Below, piece after piece: positions 18,794 through 26,392 of a DNA stretch of 33,176 nucleotides. Made by a program: the position numbers and the translations under genes. Every line of letters starts with the position of its first letter. Positions within the stretch are counted from its first letter, which is position 1. The notes beneath the pieces were generated by a model that worked only from the letters and a program-made list of their open reading frames with translations, made no database searches and had not been told where the DNA came from. Where the stretch lies: positions 1-33,176 of the IMG/VR virus record IMGVR_UViG_3300033067_000837; one strand, 5' to 3'. Source of the DNA: a virus (Duplodnaviria > Caudoviricetes).

Positions 18794-19023
18794 TATGGTA
18801 TGATATAAAAACAGCTCCAAAAAATAAAGAAATATTGATCGGAAAATATTATATTGATGACTGCAATGGATATTCAGGTGATTCTAGGTGGCTATGGATA
18901 TGCCAAGGATATATTGATGAATGTGGGTTTTTTGATGCATTTAATGATGATTTGATTGAGCATAAGCATATGATATACGCTAGATTACCAACACATTGGT
19001 GTGATATACCAGAGGCCCCATAA
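18790..19023 (+). CDS. DUF551-like small phage protein
   Basis: W..I.TAPK start and PTHW..IP.AP end; AT-rich. Confidence 0.65.
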   Translation: MIWYDIKTAPKNKEILIGKYYIDDCNGYSGDSRWLWICQGYIDECGFFDAFNDDLIEHKHMIYARLPTHWCDIPEAP

Positions 19024-19163
19024 TGAGCGCATCAATATATATTTTAGGCTACATTATCGGCGTTATATTTTGGTTTCGCGATATGATCCTATTTGCCGTT
19101 ATTTCAACCATCCTATTAACCGCATTAATAGCCACATTGACGTATTTTTGGGCAAAAGAATGA
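19023..19163 (+). CDS. 46-aa membrane protein (not in ORF track)
   Basis: MSASIYILGYIIGVIFWFRDMILFAVISTILLTALIATLTYFWAKE*; TAATG and ATGA overlaps on either side; GAGG RBS. Confidence 0.6.
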   Translation: MSASIYILGYIIGVIFWFRDMILFAVISTILLTALIATLTYFWAKE

Positions 19164-19555
19164 ACGCATCAACGGAGACGCCACGCATGGATAGAAGAAT
19201 AAGCGATATGCACCTGGACGCCATAGACAAGATGATTACCGAAGAAAACGACGGTGATAAGCGGCAGACGTTGGTATTTTTACAGTCATTGACCAGGGCA
19301 TTATCGAGCAGTATATTGACTCTGGAAAAGATAGATAAAAAACTTGAGGCCCAGGACGACACGATTGAAGGCCATCAAAAGTTTATTGACAAGATAGAGA
19401 ACAGTATCAAACTTGCTATGTGGTTTATAGGATTAATTCATACTGGATTGCTGGCTGTTATGGGTTATGGTCTTATTTATGTTATCGATATGAGTGATCG
19501 AGTTTATGCCCTTGAGAAGTCTATGGCTGTCATCCAAAAGCTGATTGAAAAATAA
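19160..19555 (+). CDS. Coiled-coil membrane protein of the lysis region
   Basis: Probable start MNASTETP..DRR; coiled coil then one transmembrane segment (LAMWFIGLIHTGLLAVMGYGLIYVI). Confidence 0.6.
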   Translation: MNASTETPRMDRRISDMHLDAIDKMITEENDGDKRQTLVFLQSLTRALSSSILTLEKIDKKLEAQDDTIEGHQKFIDKIENSIKLAMWFIGLIHTGLLAVMGYGLIYVIDMSDRVYALEKSMAVIQKLIEK

Positions 19556-19794
19556 TTTATACAACCAAAGAGTAAATATCATGACCGAAAAAACATTACA
19601 CAATTCAGACGTATCAGGCGCAAGAGTTAACGTGCCTGACATTGGCGACATGTTTAAATTGCTATGCAAAGCATCAAGCCAAAATGAAGGCTGGATGCAA
19701 AATAATTTATACAACCAAAGAGTAAATATCATGACCGAAAAAACATTACACAATTCAGACGTATCAGGCGCAAGAGTTAACGTGCCTGACATTG
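19549..19794 (+). repeat. Perfect 96-bp direct repeat with 150-bp period
   Basis: 19549-19644 = 19699-19794 (AAAATAATTTATAC...CCTGACATTG). Confidence 0.95.
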
Positions 19795-20597
19795 AAGCAT
19801 TCAGGGATGAATGCGCCCCCCAGCCGAATCGCGTACGTTTTTCTTAGCGTGAGGCGCGAGGGCCGATTTAATCAGCATCCGCTTTCTGCTTTTGATTTTC
19901 AAACACCGGAGTTACAAATGAATTATAGAAATTTGAAGCCTATTTTAATAGGTTGTGAAGAAAGCCAAACTATTTGTAAAGCGTTTCGTGACGCTGGTTA
20001 CGAGGCGTTTTCGTGCGATATTGAACCAACACGCGGGAACAGTGAATGGCATTACCAGGCCGATATTATGAAAATAATACCTGAAAAACAATGGGGCTTG
20101 ATTATCCTGCATCCTGATTGTACAGCTATGGCATTGTGTGGCAATAGATGGTATGAAAAGAACATGCCTAAACATAATGAGAGAGTAAAAGCAATTGAAT
20201 GGACGCTTAAATTGTGGGAATTGGCAAAAAAACATAGTGACCGTGTGGCGCTTGAAAATCCATTGAGTGTAATTTTTTCTTATCTTGAAGCTAATTATGT
20301 GCATCCTTGGGAGCATGGACATGGAGAAACAAAGAAAACGGGGTTTGCATTGCACAATTTAGAGCCATTAAAGCCATCTAACATTGTCGATGGTAGGGAA
20401 CAACGGGTTTGGAAAATGCCGCCGTCGCCAACTCGTAAGAGAGATAGAAGCAAAACGTATGAAGGCATTGCACAAGCTATTGTAATGCAGTGGGGTGAAT
20501 GTGTTTCTTTTATCTAATTGGCGTGAAACTCGACCTAATTTAACTGTTAGCTTTCGCTTGGAGCGAGGCGGTCAGTTTGAAAGCGGATTCCAAAAAG
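19795..20597. mobile_element. 800-bp insertion carrying a methyltransferase-like gene, flanked by AAG
   Basis: AAG at 19795-19797 and 20595-20597. Removing 800 bp restores the host gene. No transposase or integrase inside. Confidence 0.7.
19918..20517 (+). CDS. SAM-dependent DNA (cytosine) methyltransferase-like phage protein
   Basis: GGAG RBS at 19908. ILIGCEESQ..C.AF...G..A.SCD, HPDCT (P-x-C), LENP, K.TGF and PPS..R...RSKT..GIA.A...QWG motifs. Confidence 0.7.
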   Translation: MNYRNLKPILIGCEESQTICKAFRDAGYEAFSCDIEPTRGNSEWHYQADIMKIIPEKQWGLIILHPDCTAMALCGNRWYEKNMPKHNERVKAIEWTLKLWELAKKHSDRVALENPLSVIFSYLEANYVHPWEHGHGETKKTGFALHNLEPLKPSNIVDGREQRVWKMPPSPTRKRDRSKTYEGIAQAIVMQWGECVSFI

Positions 20598-20824
20598 TAG
20601 TCGGTAACGGCGACATGTTTAAATTGCTATGCAAAGCATCAAGCCAAAATGAAGGCTGGATGAAATCAACAAAAGCAATGCAAGTTACTGGTGGTTGCGT
20701 TGTTCAGGTAACTACTCAACAAAAGAATCCAGACGGATCATATTCATTAGCAGAGGCGCTAACTTTTGTCCCTGATGCCGTTATTGTTGACGATGAAAAT
20801 AATGGCAGAAAACTGATCTAATCC

Positions 20825-21316
20825 GTGTTTAGCCTAGTCCCTATTCAATACAAACTTGCTATTACCGGTATAGTTTTGGCTATATCGGTAGCGAGCTATA
20901 CCGGCTTTATTGTGCATATTAACAATAACGCTTGGAAGGTAAAATTAGCAAAACAAACGGAAGAAAATTTAAAACAGGCGATGTACAACCAATCATTAAC
21001 CGAAGCAAGCGCAGCACTTGCAAACGAATACAGCAGGCTACACAGTGAAAAACAAAACGAGATCGACGCTATTAATGATCAGCTTCGCCATGCTCTCAGG
21101 GTGCCAAGCAAAACTGCCTGCGTCAGTGTCGTGTCCAAAGCTGGTCATCCCGGCAGCATTGTTAGTGAAACCGCCGTCACAGCCGAGATTTCAGAAGAAT
21201 TTAGAGAATTTCTTATTTCCGAAGCCCTAAGAGGAGACGAGCTTGGAATCTATGCAGAAACCGCCCACGAATGGGCGGTAAAGGCTTGCAAGCAGGCTAA
21301 TGTTATTTGCAATTAA
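20825..21316 (+). CDS. Inner-membrane spanin (Rz-like)
   Basis: N-terminal transmembrane helix, periplasmic coiled coil, Cys residues; contains a nested lipoprotein ORF. Confidence 0.7.
   Translation: MFSLVPIQYKLAITGIVLAISVASYTGFIVHINNNAWKVKLAKQTEENLKQAMYNQSLTEASAALANEYSRLHSEKQNEIDAINDQLRHALRVPSKTACVSVVSKAGHPGSIVSETAVTAEISEEFREFLISEALRGDELGIYAETAHEWAVKACKQANVICN
21045..21230 (+). CDS. Outer-membrane spanin (Rz1-like), fully embedded in the +1 frame
   Basis: GTG start, MKNKTRSTLLMISFAMLSGC lipobox, Pro-rich mature part (SCPKLVIPAALLVKPP). Confidence 0.75.
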   Translation: MKNKTRSTLLMISFAMLSGCQAKLPASVSCPKLVIPAALLVKPPSQPRFQKNLENFLFPKP

Positions 21317-21762
21317 TGATTAATCTCTAACCCATCCGAATGACTACCAACCGCAGCTCCTGCCGCCGCGTTGGATTGAGCAGCGGCGCTGGAGCTGGCA
21401 CTTGCTTTAACGGATGCCGAAGCATTGCCTCCAAGCCCTACGCCGTTAGCACTTGCCCCGCCTCCGTTTTGCGTGACCTTTGTTCCTGACTTGCCTATTC
21501 CTTGGCCTAACAAATAGCCCCCCGCAACAGTTCCGGCAGCATTGGCGACTTGGCCGACAATTGAAGGGCCGGCGTAAGTGCTGGCGCTATCTGTTTTAGT
21601 GTCCAGTACAGTTGTCACTGATGGAGCAAAAAAGCTTGCCGTGCTGGCTACTTGGAATCGATCATCCTGCCCCATTGTGCTGTTATAGGCGCAGCCGGTA
21701 GAAAATATGGATATAGCTATTAAAATTAATGTTGTTATATATGTTGTTTTATACGTTTTCAT
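21313..21762 (-). CDS. Gly/Ala-rich lipoprotein
   Basis: MKTYK...LILIAISIFSTGC lipobox; glycine-zipper-like AGTVAGGYLLGQGIG. Confidence 0.7.
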   Translation of the reverse strand: MKTYKTTYITTLILIAISIFSTGCAYNSTMGQDDRFQVASTASFFAPSVTTVLDTKTDSASTYAGPSIVGQVANAAGTVAGGYLLGQGIGKSGTKVTQNGGGASANGVGLGGNASASVKASASSSAAAQSNAAAGAAVGSHSDGLEINH

Positions 21763-21866
21763 TGGTATATTTCCTGTTGTTTACGTTTAAGTGAAGTCTT
21801 CGCTAAAAAGTAAAATTGTAAATATTAGTTTTTTCATCTCACCACCGTTAATTTTAAAAGTAATTA

Positions 21867-22223
21867 TTAAACAATCGATCTTGCATAATCATACATGGCC
21901 GCATCAAATAAGCGATCCAGTTCGTTCTTTTGGTTTTCGTTGATGTTTCTCCTTTCAGCTACGCGCTGCAGCATGGTGTAAAATAAGTCTACATTATCAT
22001 CTGATGCGGCTCCTGTTTTGCATCTTGTTATAAACGATATAAATGCATGAGCATAGATATTGGCGTTTTCATCGTTATTTGATGCATTTAAATAAAGTAA
22101 ATCAACTGTTGCTTCCACTTCATTTTCTTTGTCGATTTCTTCTTGTGTCTGCAAGTCTTCATCAAAAGGCGCTTCCATGTTGTCGTAAGCTTGTTGCATT
22201 GAGTTAAAGCGGTCTTGGTTCAT
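21867..22223 (-). CDS. Acidic hypothetical protein
   Basis: 118-aa ORF with GGAGAG RBS. Confidence 0.65.
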   Translation of the reverse strand: MNQDRFNSMQQAYDNMEAPFDEDLQTQEEIDKENEVEATVDLLYLNASNNDENANIYAHAFISFITRCKTGAASDDNVDLFYTMLQRVAERRNINENQKNELDRLFDAAMYDYARSIV

Positions 22224-22242
22224 TTTTCTCTCCGGTTAATTA

Positions 22243-22425
22243 TTAACAGCTTTCATTGCATTCTCTATACCCGCAAGTTTCGCATGGTTTAGAGCCCCAA
22301 TAACAACCTTTAAGAGAACGTCCATCATCGTCCACATCTGCCCCGCAATCAGGGCATGTTGGCGGTGGATGATCATGAGTTCGCTTGTACTCATTTGTGT
22401 TATTCCATCCATCGCAGCAGCTCAT
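22243..22425 (-). CDS. Small Cys-rich zinc-binding protein
   Basis: MSCCDGW...CPDCG...C.WG..PCETCG...C..SC. Confidence 0.65.
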   Translation of the reverse strand: MSCCDGWNNTNEYKRTHDHPPPTCPDCGADVDDDGRSLKGCYWGSKPCETCGYRECNESC

Positions 22426-22460
22426 TTTTCTCTATCCGGTTAATTTGTTAGCGTGTTTAT

Positions 22461-22489
22461 ATTTTAAAATACACATTACAAATTGCCAA
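22461..22489 (-). promoter_or_regulatory. Sigma70-like promoter
   Basis: Minus strand TTGGCA-17 nt-TAAAAT, 35 bp upstream of ATG 22425. Confidence 0.5.
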
Positions 22490-22498
22490 GAAAATATT

Positions 22499-23014
22499 TT
22501 ATTGCATCTCTGCAAACAAAGTTATTTGTTGCTTAAAATCATCAGCCCCATAACAAACCAGAACTGTTAATCCGCACTTAGCGCGTAAATAAGTATGCAG
22601 CTCTTCCTGCTCTTTCGACAAGCGCGAAAGCTTTACCCGCTTCATTTCAACCCTTAACCCCCACTCATCAATAATCAAATCAGGATAGCCAGGAAGCAAA
22701 CCCAAACACATTTGCTCGCTACGCTCACGAGGAGAGCGTGTACCGCCGTTATGCACGTAAGCAATACGAATATCAGGGTATGCCTGTTTAAACCACGCTA
22801 CGGCCTCTATTTGTTCGCTGGTTTCGCTTGGGGGTCGCTTTTTTTTGTTTATATTAGCGGCCTTATCTTTGCTAAATTCTAATATTTCGTCTCTATATTT
22901 AATTGGTAAAATTAATGCCATTTTTATGCTTTTATCTCGCTCATACCTATTAAGCTTCTGCGCTTTTAAATGCTTCTCAAGCTCAGCTATAAATACTTCA
23001 TCGCTTATCGTCAT
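22499..23014 (-). CDS. VRR-NUC domain nuclease
   Basis: E..EQ, HNGG.R, G.LPGYPDL, VEMKR and LSKEQ PD-(D/E)xK motifs. Confidence 0.8.
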   Translation of the reverse strand: MTISDEVFIAELEKHLKAQKLNRYERDKSIKMALILPIKYRDEILEFSKDKAANINKKKRPPSETSEQIEAVAWFKQAYPDIRIAYVHNGGTRSPRERSEQMCLGLLPGYPDLIIDEWGLRVEMKRVKLSRLSKEQEELHTYLRAKCGLTVLVCYGADDFKQQITLFAEMQ

Positions 23015-23071
23015 TTTACATGACCACCAGCATTACAGTTAATAGACATATATCCCATTTATATTGTAAAT

Positions 23072-23275
23072 TCATATTTTAACCTCATACTTCCACCTAT
23101 AATGCTTCAATATCATTGGCCTATCGCTCAAATCTTCCTGCAACAAATCATCAATATCAACCTGATCGACTTCGCACTCTTTCAACGCATTGATAAAAAC
23201 TACATCGTCAATTCCGTCAATCTCTTCACGTGTGTTACTTTTTCTGGCTTTTGCTAGGGTTTCTAATATGCTCAT
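23072..23275 (-). CDS. Hypothetical protein
   Basis: Probable start MSILETL; ATGA overlap with the upstream stop. Confidence 0.55.
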   Translation of the reverse strand: MSILETLAKARKSNTREEIDGIDDVVFINALKECEVDQVDIDDLLQEDLSDRPMILKHYRWKYEVKI

Positions 23276-23490
23276 ACTTTGCAAACCTTTTCGCCTTTTA
23301 AATCTTCGTCGTGCCACGGCTCCCAAAATATAGGTAAGGCATATTTATCGTCTAAGTCTTTTAATGCGTATAAAATTTCTGGATAGCATTCTTTGTCCCT
23401 AGTTCCTAAATATCTTCTATTAACCTCTATATCCGGCCCATGCTCATCCATTATTTTTTGCAGTTCGGTTATGTAGTCTGATATTTTCAT
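23272..23490 (-). CDS. Hypothetical protein
   Basis: MKISDYI..LQ....EHG.DIEV typical small phage ORF; GGAGG RBS. Confidence 0.65.
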   Translation of the reverse strand: MKISDYITELQKIMDEHGPDIEVNRRYLGTRDKECYPEILYALKDLDDKYALPIFWEPWHDEDLKGEKVCKV

Positions 23491-23769
23491 TTATTCTTCC
23501 TCCGCAGGCTTGCAGTATTTCCATTCCTCTGTCATTCCATGACTAGACCATTTTAGCCCTGCGCTCTCACCCGGCGCAGGTTAGGGCCGATTACTATTAT
23601 GCGGCGACTATGTTGTTGCATGTGTAACCGTACTGTTATCGACGGTATAGCCTAGTCAGAATTTTTAAAATATTGCCTAGTCTATTCGGCATACACCCAC
23701 TTGGCTAGGTGCTGTTGAATCAATACCACTCAAGTTGATATTGAATATGCCTTATTATTTTTTCTTCTA

Positions 23770-23946
23770 TCACTTTCCTTCCCTATCATAAAACGTGCAT
23801 CTAACAATAAATAAAGGAGAAAACCCAAATCCGGTGATTTTTTCAATAACTGGCATAGACTTAAAATCATAATTTGAGCAATTTTCGCCTTTACGCTTGC
23901 AGTTCATGCACATGCTTCCTTTTGGGATGTAATATAGTTCACTCAC
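23770..23946 (-). CDS. 58-aa Cys-containing protein (not in ORF track)
   Basis: GGAGG RBS, GTG start; SELYYIPKGSMCMNC...C...F.SMPVI...IVRC. Confidence 0.65.
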   Translation of the reverse strand: MSELYYIPKGSMCMNCKRKGENCSNYDFKSMPVIEKITGFGFSPLFIVRCTFYDREGK

Positions 23947-24110
23947 TTTATAACCTCCCTATACGCCAACTCCCTGGCATCCTCTAGCTCCATACAGCCA
24001 TCAACCAACTGGCCGACTTTTTCAACAAAGTCATAATATTCATCTTCAGTTTGATATCTATCAATACCAAGTCTTTTATCTAGCCATCTGTAATCAATCA
24101 ATGCAATCAT
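23943..24110 (-). CDS. 55-aa hypothetical protein (not in ORF track)
   Basis: MIALIDYRW...FVEKVG...DG......ARELAY; GTGA overlap with the next gene. Confidence 0.55.
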   Translation of the reverse strand: MIALIDYRWLDKRLGIDRYQTEDEYYDFVEKVGQLVDGCMELEDARELAYREVIK

Positions 24111-24132
24111 AATGGAAACACCTACTTATAAT

Positions 24133-24360
24133 TTATTGCTCATTTATAAACCTAATCATTTCTACGCCTATATTTTGTACACTTCCATCATTGTGCTCAA
24201 TTATTGCCGTTGAAAAATTACCCGCGCCGGTTTCAAATTCTTCATAATCAACTCCGAAGGAATGGAATATTGCTTCACATTTTTCAACCTTTCTACCCGT
24301 CCTTCTTCCTTTATCATTTAATTCCCATCTATAAACTTTAACTTTTCTATTATTGTTCAT
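24133..24360 (-). CDS. Hypothetical protein
   Basis: FHSFGVDYEEFE.GAGNFSTAIIE..DG.V pattern seen in small phage proteins. Confidence 0.65.
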   Translation of the reverse strand: MNNNRKVKVYRWELNDKGRRTGRKVEKCEAIFHSFGVDYEEFETGAGNFSTAIIEHNDGSVQNIGVEMIRFINEQ

Positions 24361-25975
24361 ATTCCCACCTAATCATTTTCCTGTTACTGATAATTATATT
24401 CTTAAATATTTTAAAATACAAATTATGGTTTTGATTTAGCAAAATAAGCATGTTTGTAATCGTATGCCCATCTTGAGCAAGCTCAAAAAAGTCATGCTCA
24501 TTTTTAAACATGCTCATCAAAAAATCCTTATGAGCCAGCAAGATATTACCTTTATCATCTGCCCACAATCTTTCCGTATGGCATAATAAATTATTTTGAA
24601 AAAAATAAATCGCCAGGCATTCTTTGCCATAATTTGAACGTGACCTATCAAACTTAACTTCTGTTATTTCAAAATACCTTTCATTCATCGCCGCGCGTTC
24701 AGCAATTAATTGCGCTTGAGATTTAATCGAGTACTTACCGTCCTCTGACTCACTAATAAACACCGCGTAGCACTTATGACATATCTTGGCGCTTAGCCGG
24801 TTTGGCGTATTGCACAGTAAGCAAAGCTTTTTAGGCGCTTCTTCGCGCTTTTTCTTAGTCTTAGGCGGGACGATTGAGTCGATTGATCCTAAGCGCTCCA
24901 GGTTCGTGCCGAAGTCATACAACAGGCCAACTTTGCCCTCATGCGGCCTTAATAACCTGCCTACCATTTGCACCATTAAAGCCGGACTTGTCGTAGCACG
25001 AAGCAGAACAATCGCCTCCAGGGCCGGAAAGTCGAACCCGGTAGTCAGGATATTAACGTTAACGATATAACGCCGACCACTCCCCCTTTTTATCCATTGC
25101 ACCGACTCAACCCGATCGTGCTTGGTCATATCCCCATGAACAACCCTTATCTGTTTTTTATCTGCCCACCGCTCAACTACGTGCGCAGCGTTAGCCAGGG
25201 TTGAAACGAAAATGATTGCGGTCGATACATCATTATCAATAAAGCTTCGCTCAAGTTCCGGCACAGCATCGTCTATGATTGCGTCAAACTTCACCCCGGC
25301 ATCGTTGGCGTTATAGTCAAGGCCAGACATAGCTACACAGGTTAGGTCTACCCGTGCCGACGTGTTTACCACGTTTACACGGGATAAATAACCCTCATCA
25401 ATTAAGCGCGGTATACCAGGATGAACCGTTGTGTCATAAACCAGATTGGTAAACAACGCTTCACCCTTGATACAATTTTGATGTAGCATGCCTTGACCAA
25501 GTCGCCAGGGCGATCCGGTTAGGCCGGCAATCAACATTTTTGGATTAAGCCTAAGCAATGAGCGTACTATTTTTCTATATTGGCTGTTTGGATCGTTGCC
25601 AACTAAGTGGCATTCATCTATAAGCAACACGTCAAACTTTCCTGACACTGTGCGTCGTGAATAGAAACTTGAGTGCATGGCAATAACAACAGGTTTATGT
25701 ACTTCAAACCGGTTCAACTGACCACAACAAATACCAACACCTTCGCATCCATGCCCTACCGTTTCAGCGTAGTTTTGCTTTACCAGTTCAAGGCGTGGAA
25801 CTAGTTGCAAAACGCGCTTTCCTTTTGCCAATGCTTGCTTGGTTATGTCGGCAATAATTAATGATTTACCCAAGCCTGTCATCACCGACACATAGGGGAC
25901 TTGGCTTTGTTTTTTGTTCCAGCTATTTATTATTGCATCGACGGCTTCTTGTTGATAATAGCGCAGCTGTTTCAT
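24350..25975 (-). CDS. Superfamily 2 DNA helicase (RadD/YejH-like) with Zn finger
   Basis: LRYYQ, TGLGKS, DECH, GLTGSP, QMVGRLLR and CLLC...CHKC motifs. Confidence 0.9.
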   Translation of the reverse strand: MKQLRYYQQEAVDAIINSWNKKQSQVPYVSVMTGLGKSLIIADITKQALAKGKRVLQLVPRLELVKQNYAETVGHGCEGVGICCGQLNRFEVHKPVVIAMHSSFYSRRTVSGKFDVLLIDECHLVGNDPNSQYRKIVRSLLRLNPKMLIAGLTGSPWRLGQGMLHQNCIKGEALFTNLVYDTTVHPGIPRLIDEGYLSRVNVVNTSARVDLTCVAMSGLDYNANDAGVKFDAIIDDAVPELERSFIDNDVSTAIIFVSTLANAAHVVERWADKKQIRVVHGDMTKHDRVESVQWIKRGSGRRYIVNVNILTTGFDFPALEAIVLLRATTSPALMVQMVGRLLRPHEGKVGLLYDFGTNLERLGSIDSIVPPKTKKKREEAPKKLCLLCNTPNRLSAKICHKCYAVFISESEDGKYSIKSQAQLIAERAAMNERYFEITEVKFDRSRSNYGKECLAIYFFQNNLLCHTERLWADDKGNILLAHKDFLMSMFKNEHDFFELAQDGHTITNMLILLNQNHNLYFKIFKNIIISNRKMIRWEYEQ

Positions 25976-26391
25976 CAGTACCCAAAAACTTTCATTAATT
26001 CTTCACAAACCTTTATTGCCTCTGCATGGTTTAGTTTTATCTGCTTTCCATATGCGCTTATTGTTATGAAGCAATCTACCGCTATTGAAGCTGGTGAGTA
26101 CATTTGTGGCGGTTCTATTGCTTCCCTGTATTCAAAATCCTGATACCACGATGGAACAGTTTTCATCCATCCTTCGCCGTCATCATTACTTGATTCTATT
26201 TTCAACGCAAAATCACTATCTATCCATTTTTTGCGCAATTTCCAATGCCGGTCGCCTTTTATTCTGTAATTGTTCTCCGTCCATTCAGGATTAATTAATA
26301 TTACCCATTTTTTACCGTCAATAGTCCCCTCCAATTCAGGCTTACCAATACTTTCCCAATACTTTTTAAATTTTTCGTGTTTGTTTTCCAT
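25975..26391 (-). CDS. Hypothetical protein
   Basis: 138 aa; two W...P.W....YR repeats; GGAGG RBS. Confidence 0.65.
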   Translation of the reverse strand: MENKHEKFKKYWESIGKPELEGTIDGKKWVILINPEWTENNYRIKGDRHWKLRKKWIDSDFALKIESSNDDGEGWMKTVPSWYQDFEYREAIEPPQMYSPASIAVDCFITISAYGKQIKLNHAEAIKVCEELMKVFGY

Positions 26392-26392
26392 C

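Larger units (their letters stand above)
19644..20662 (+). repeat. Perfect 54-bp direct repeat
   Basis: 19644-19697 = 20609-20662 (GGCGACATGTTT...GGCTGGATG). Confidence 0.95.
19731..20821 (+). pseudogene. Phage gene MTEKTLHNSDVSGARVNVPDI(E)VVGNGDMFKLLCKASS...GRKLI split by an 800-bp insertion
   Basis: Joining 19731-19797 to 20598-20821 restores one 96-aa reading frame. Confidence 0.8.

Noticed and set aside
20511-20552. Integron attC-like site (ATCTAAT...TAATTTAACTGTTAGCT) after the methyltransferase stop
   Set aside because: Only ~40 bp, both core sites mismatch RYYYAAC/GTTRRRY and there is no convincing L-box pairing. It may be a remnant but cannot be supported.
20495-20593. ORF-track N-terminus of a 108-aa protein
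   Set aside because: It is insert sequence read in frame with the 3' half of the split gene. Translation of this fusion cannot be excluded but is unsupported.
19795-20608. Self-splicing intron explaining the split gene and the joined A-B copy
   Set aside because: No GUGYG start or domain V for group II; no recognisable P7 core or suitably placed terminal G for group I. The joined copy also loses VVGN codons that appear to belong to the gene.
19549-20662. DGR template/variable repeat pair or CRISPR array
   Set aside because: Copies are 100% identical with no adenine-specific mismatches, there is no reverse transcriptase in the window, and there is no repeat-spacer periodicity.
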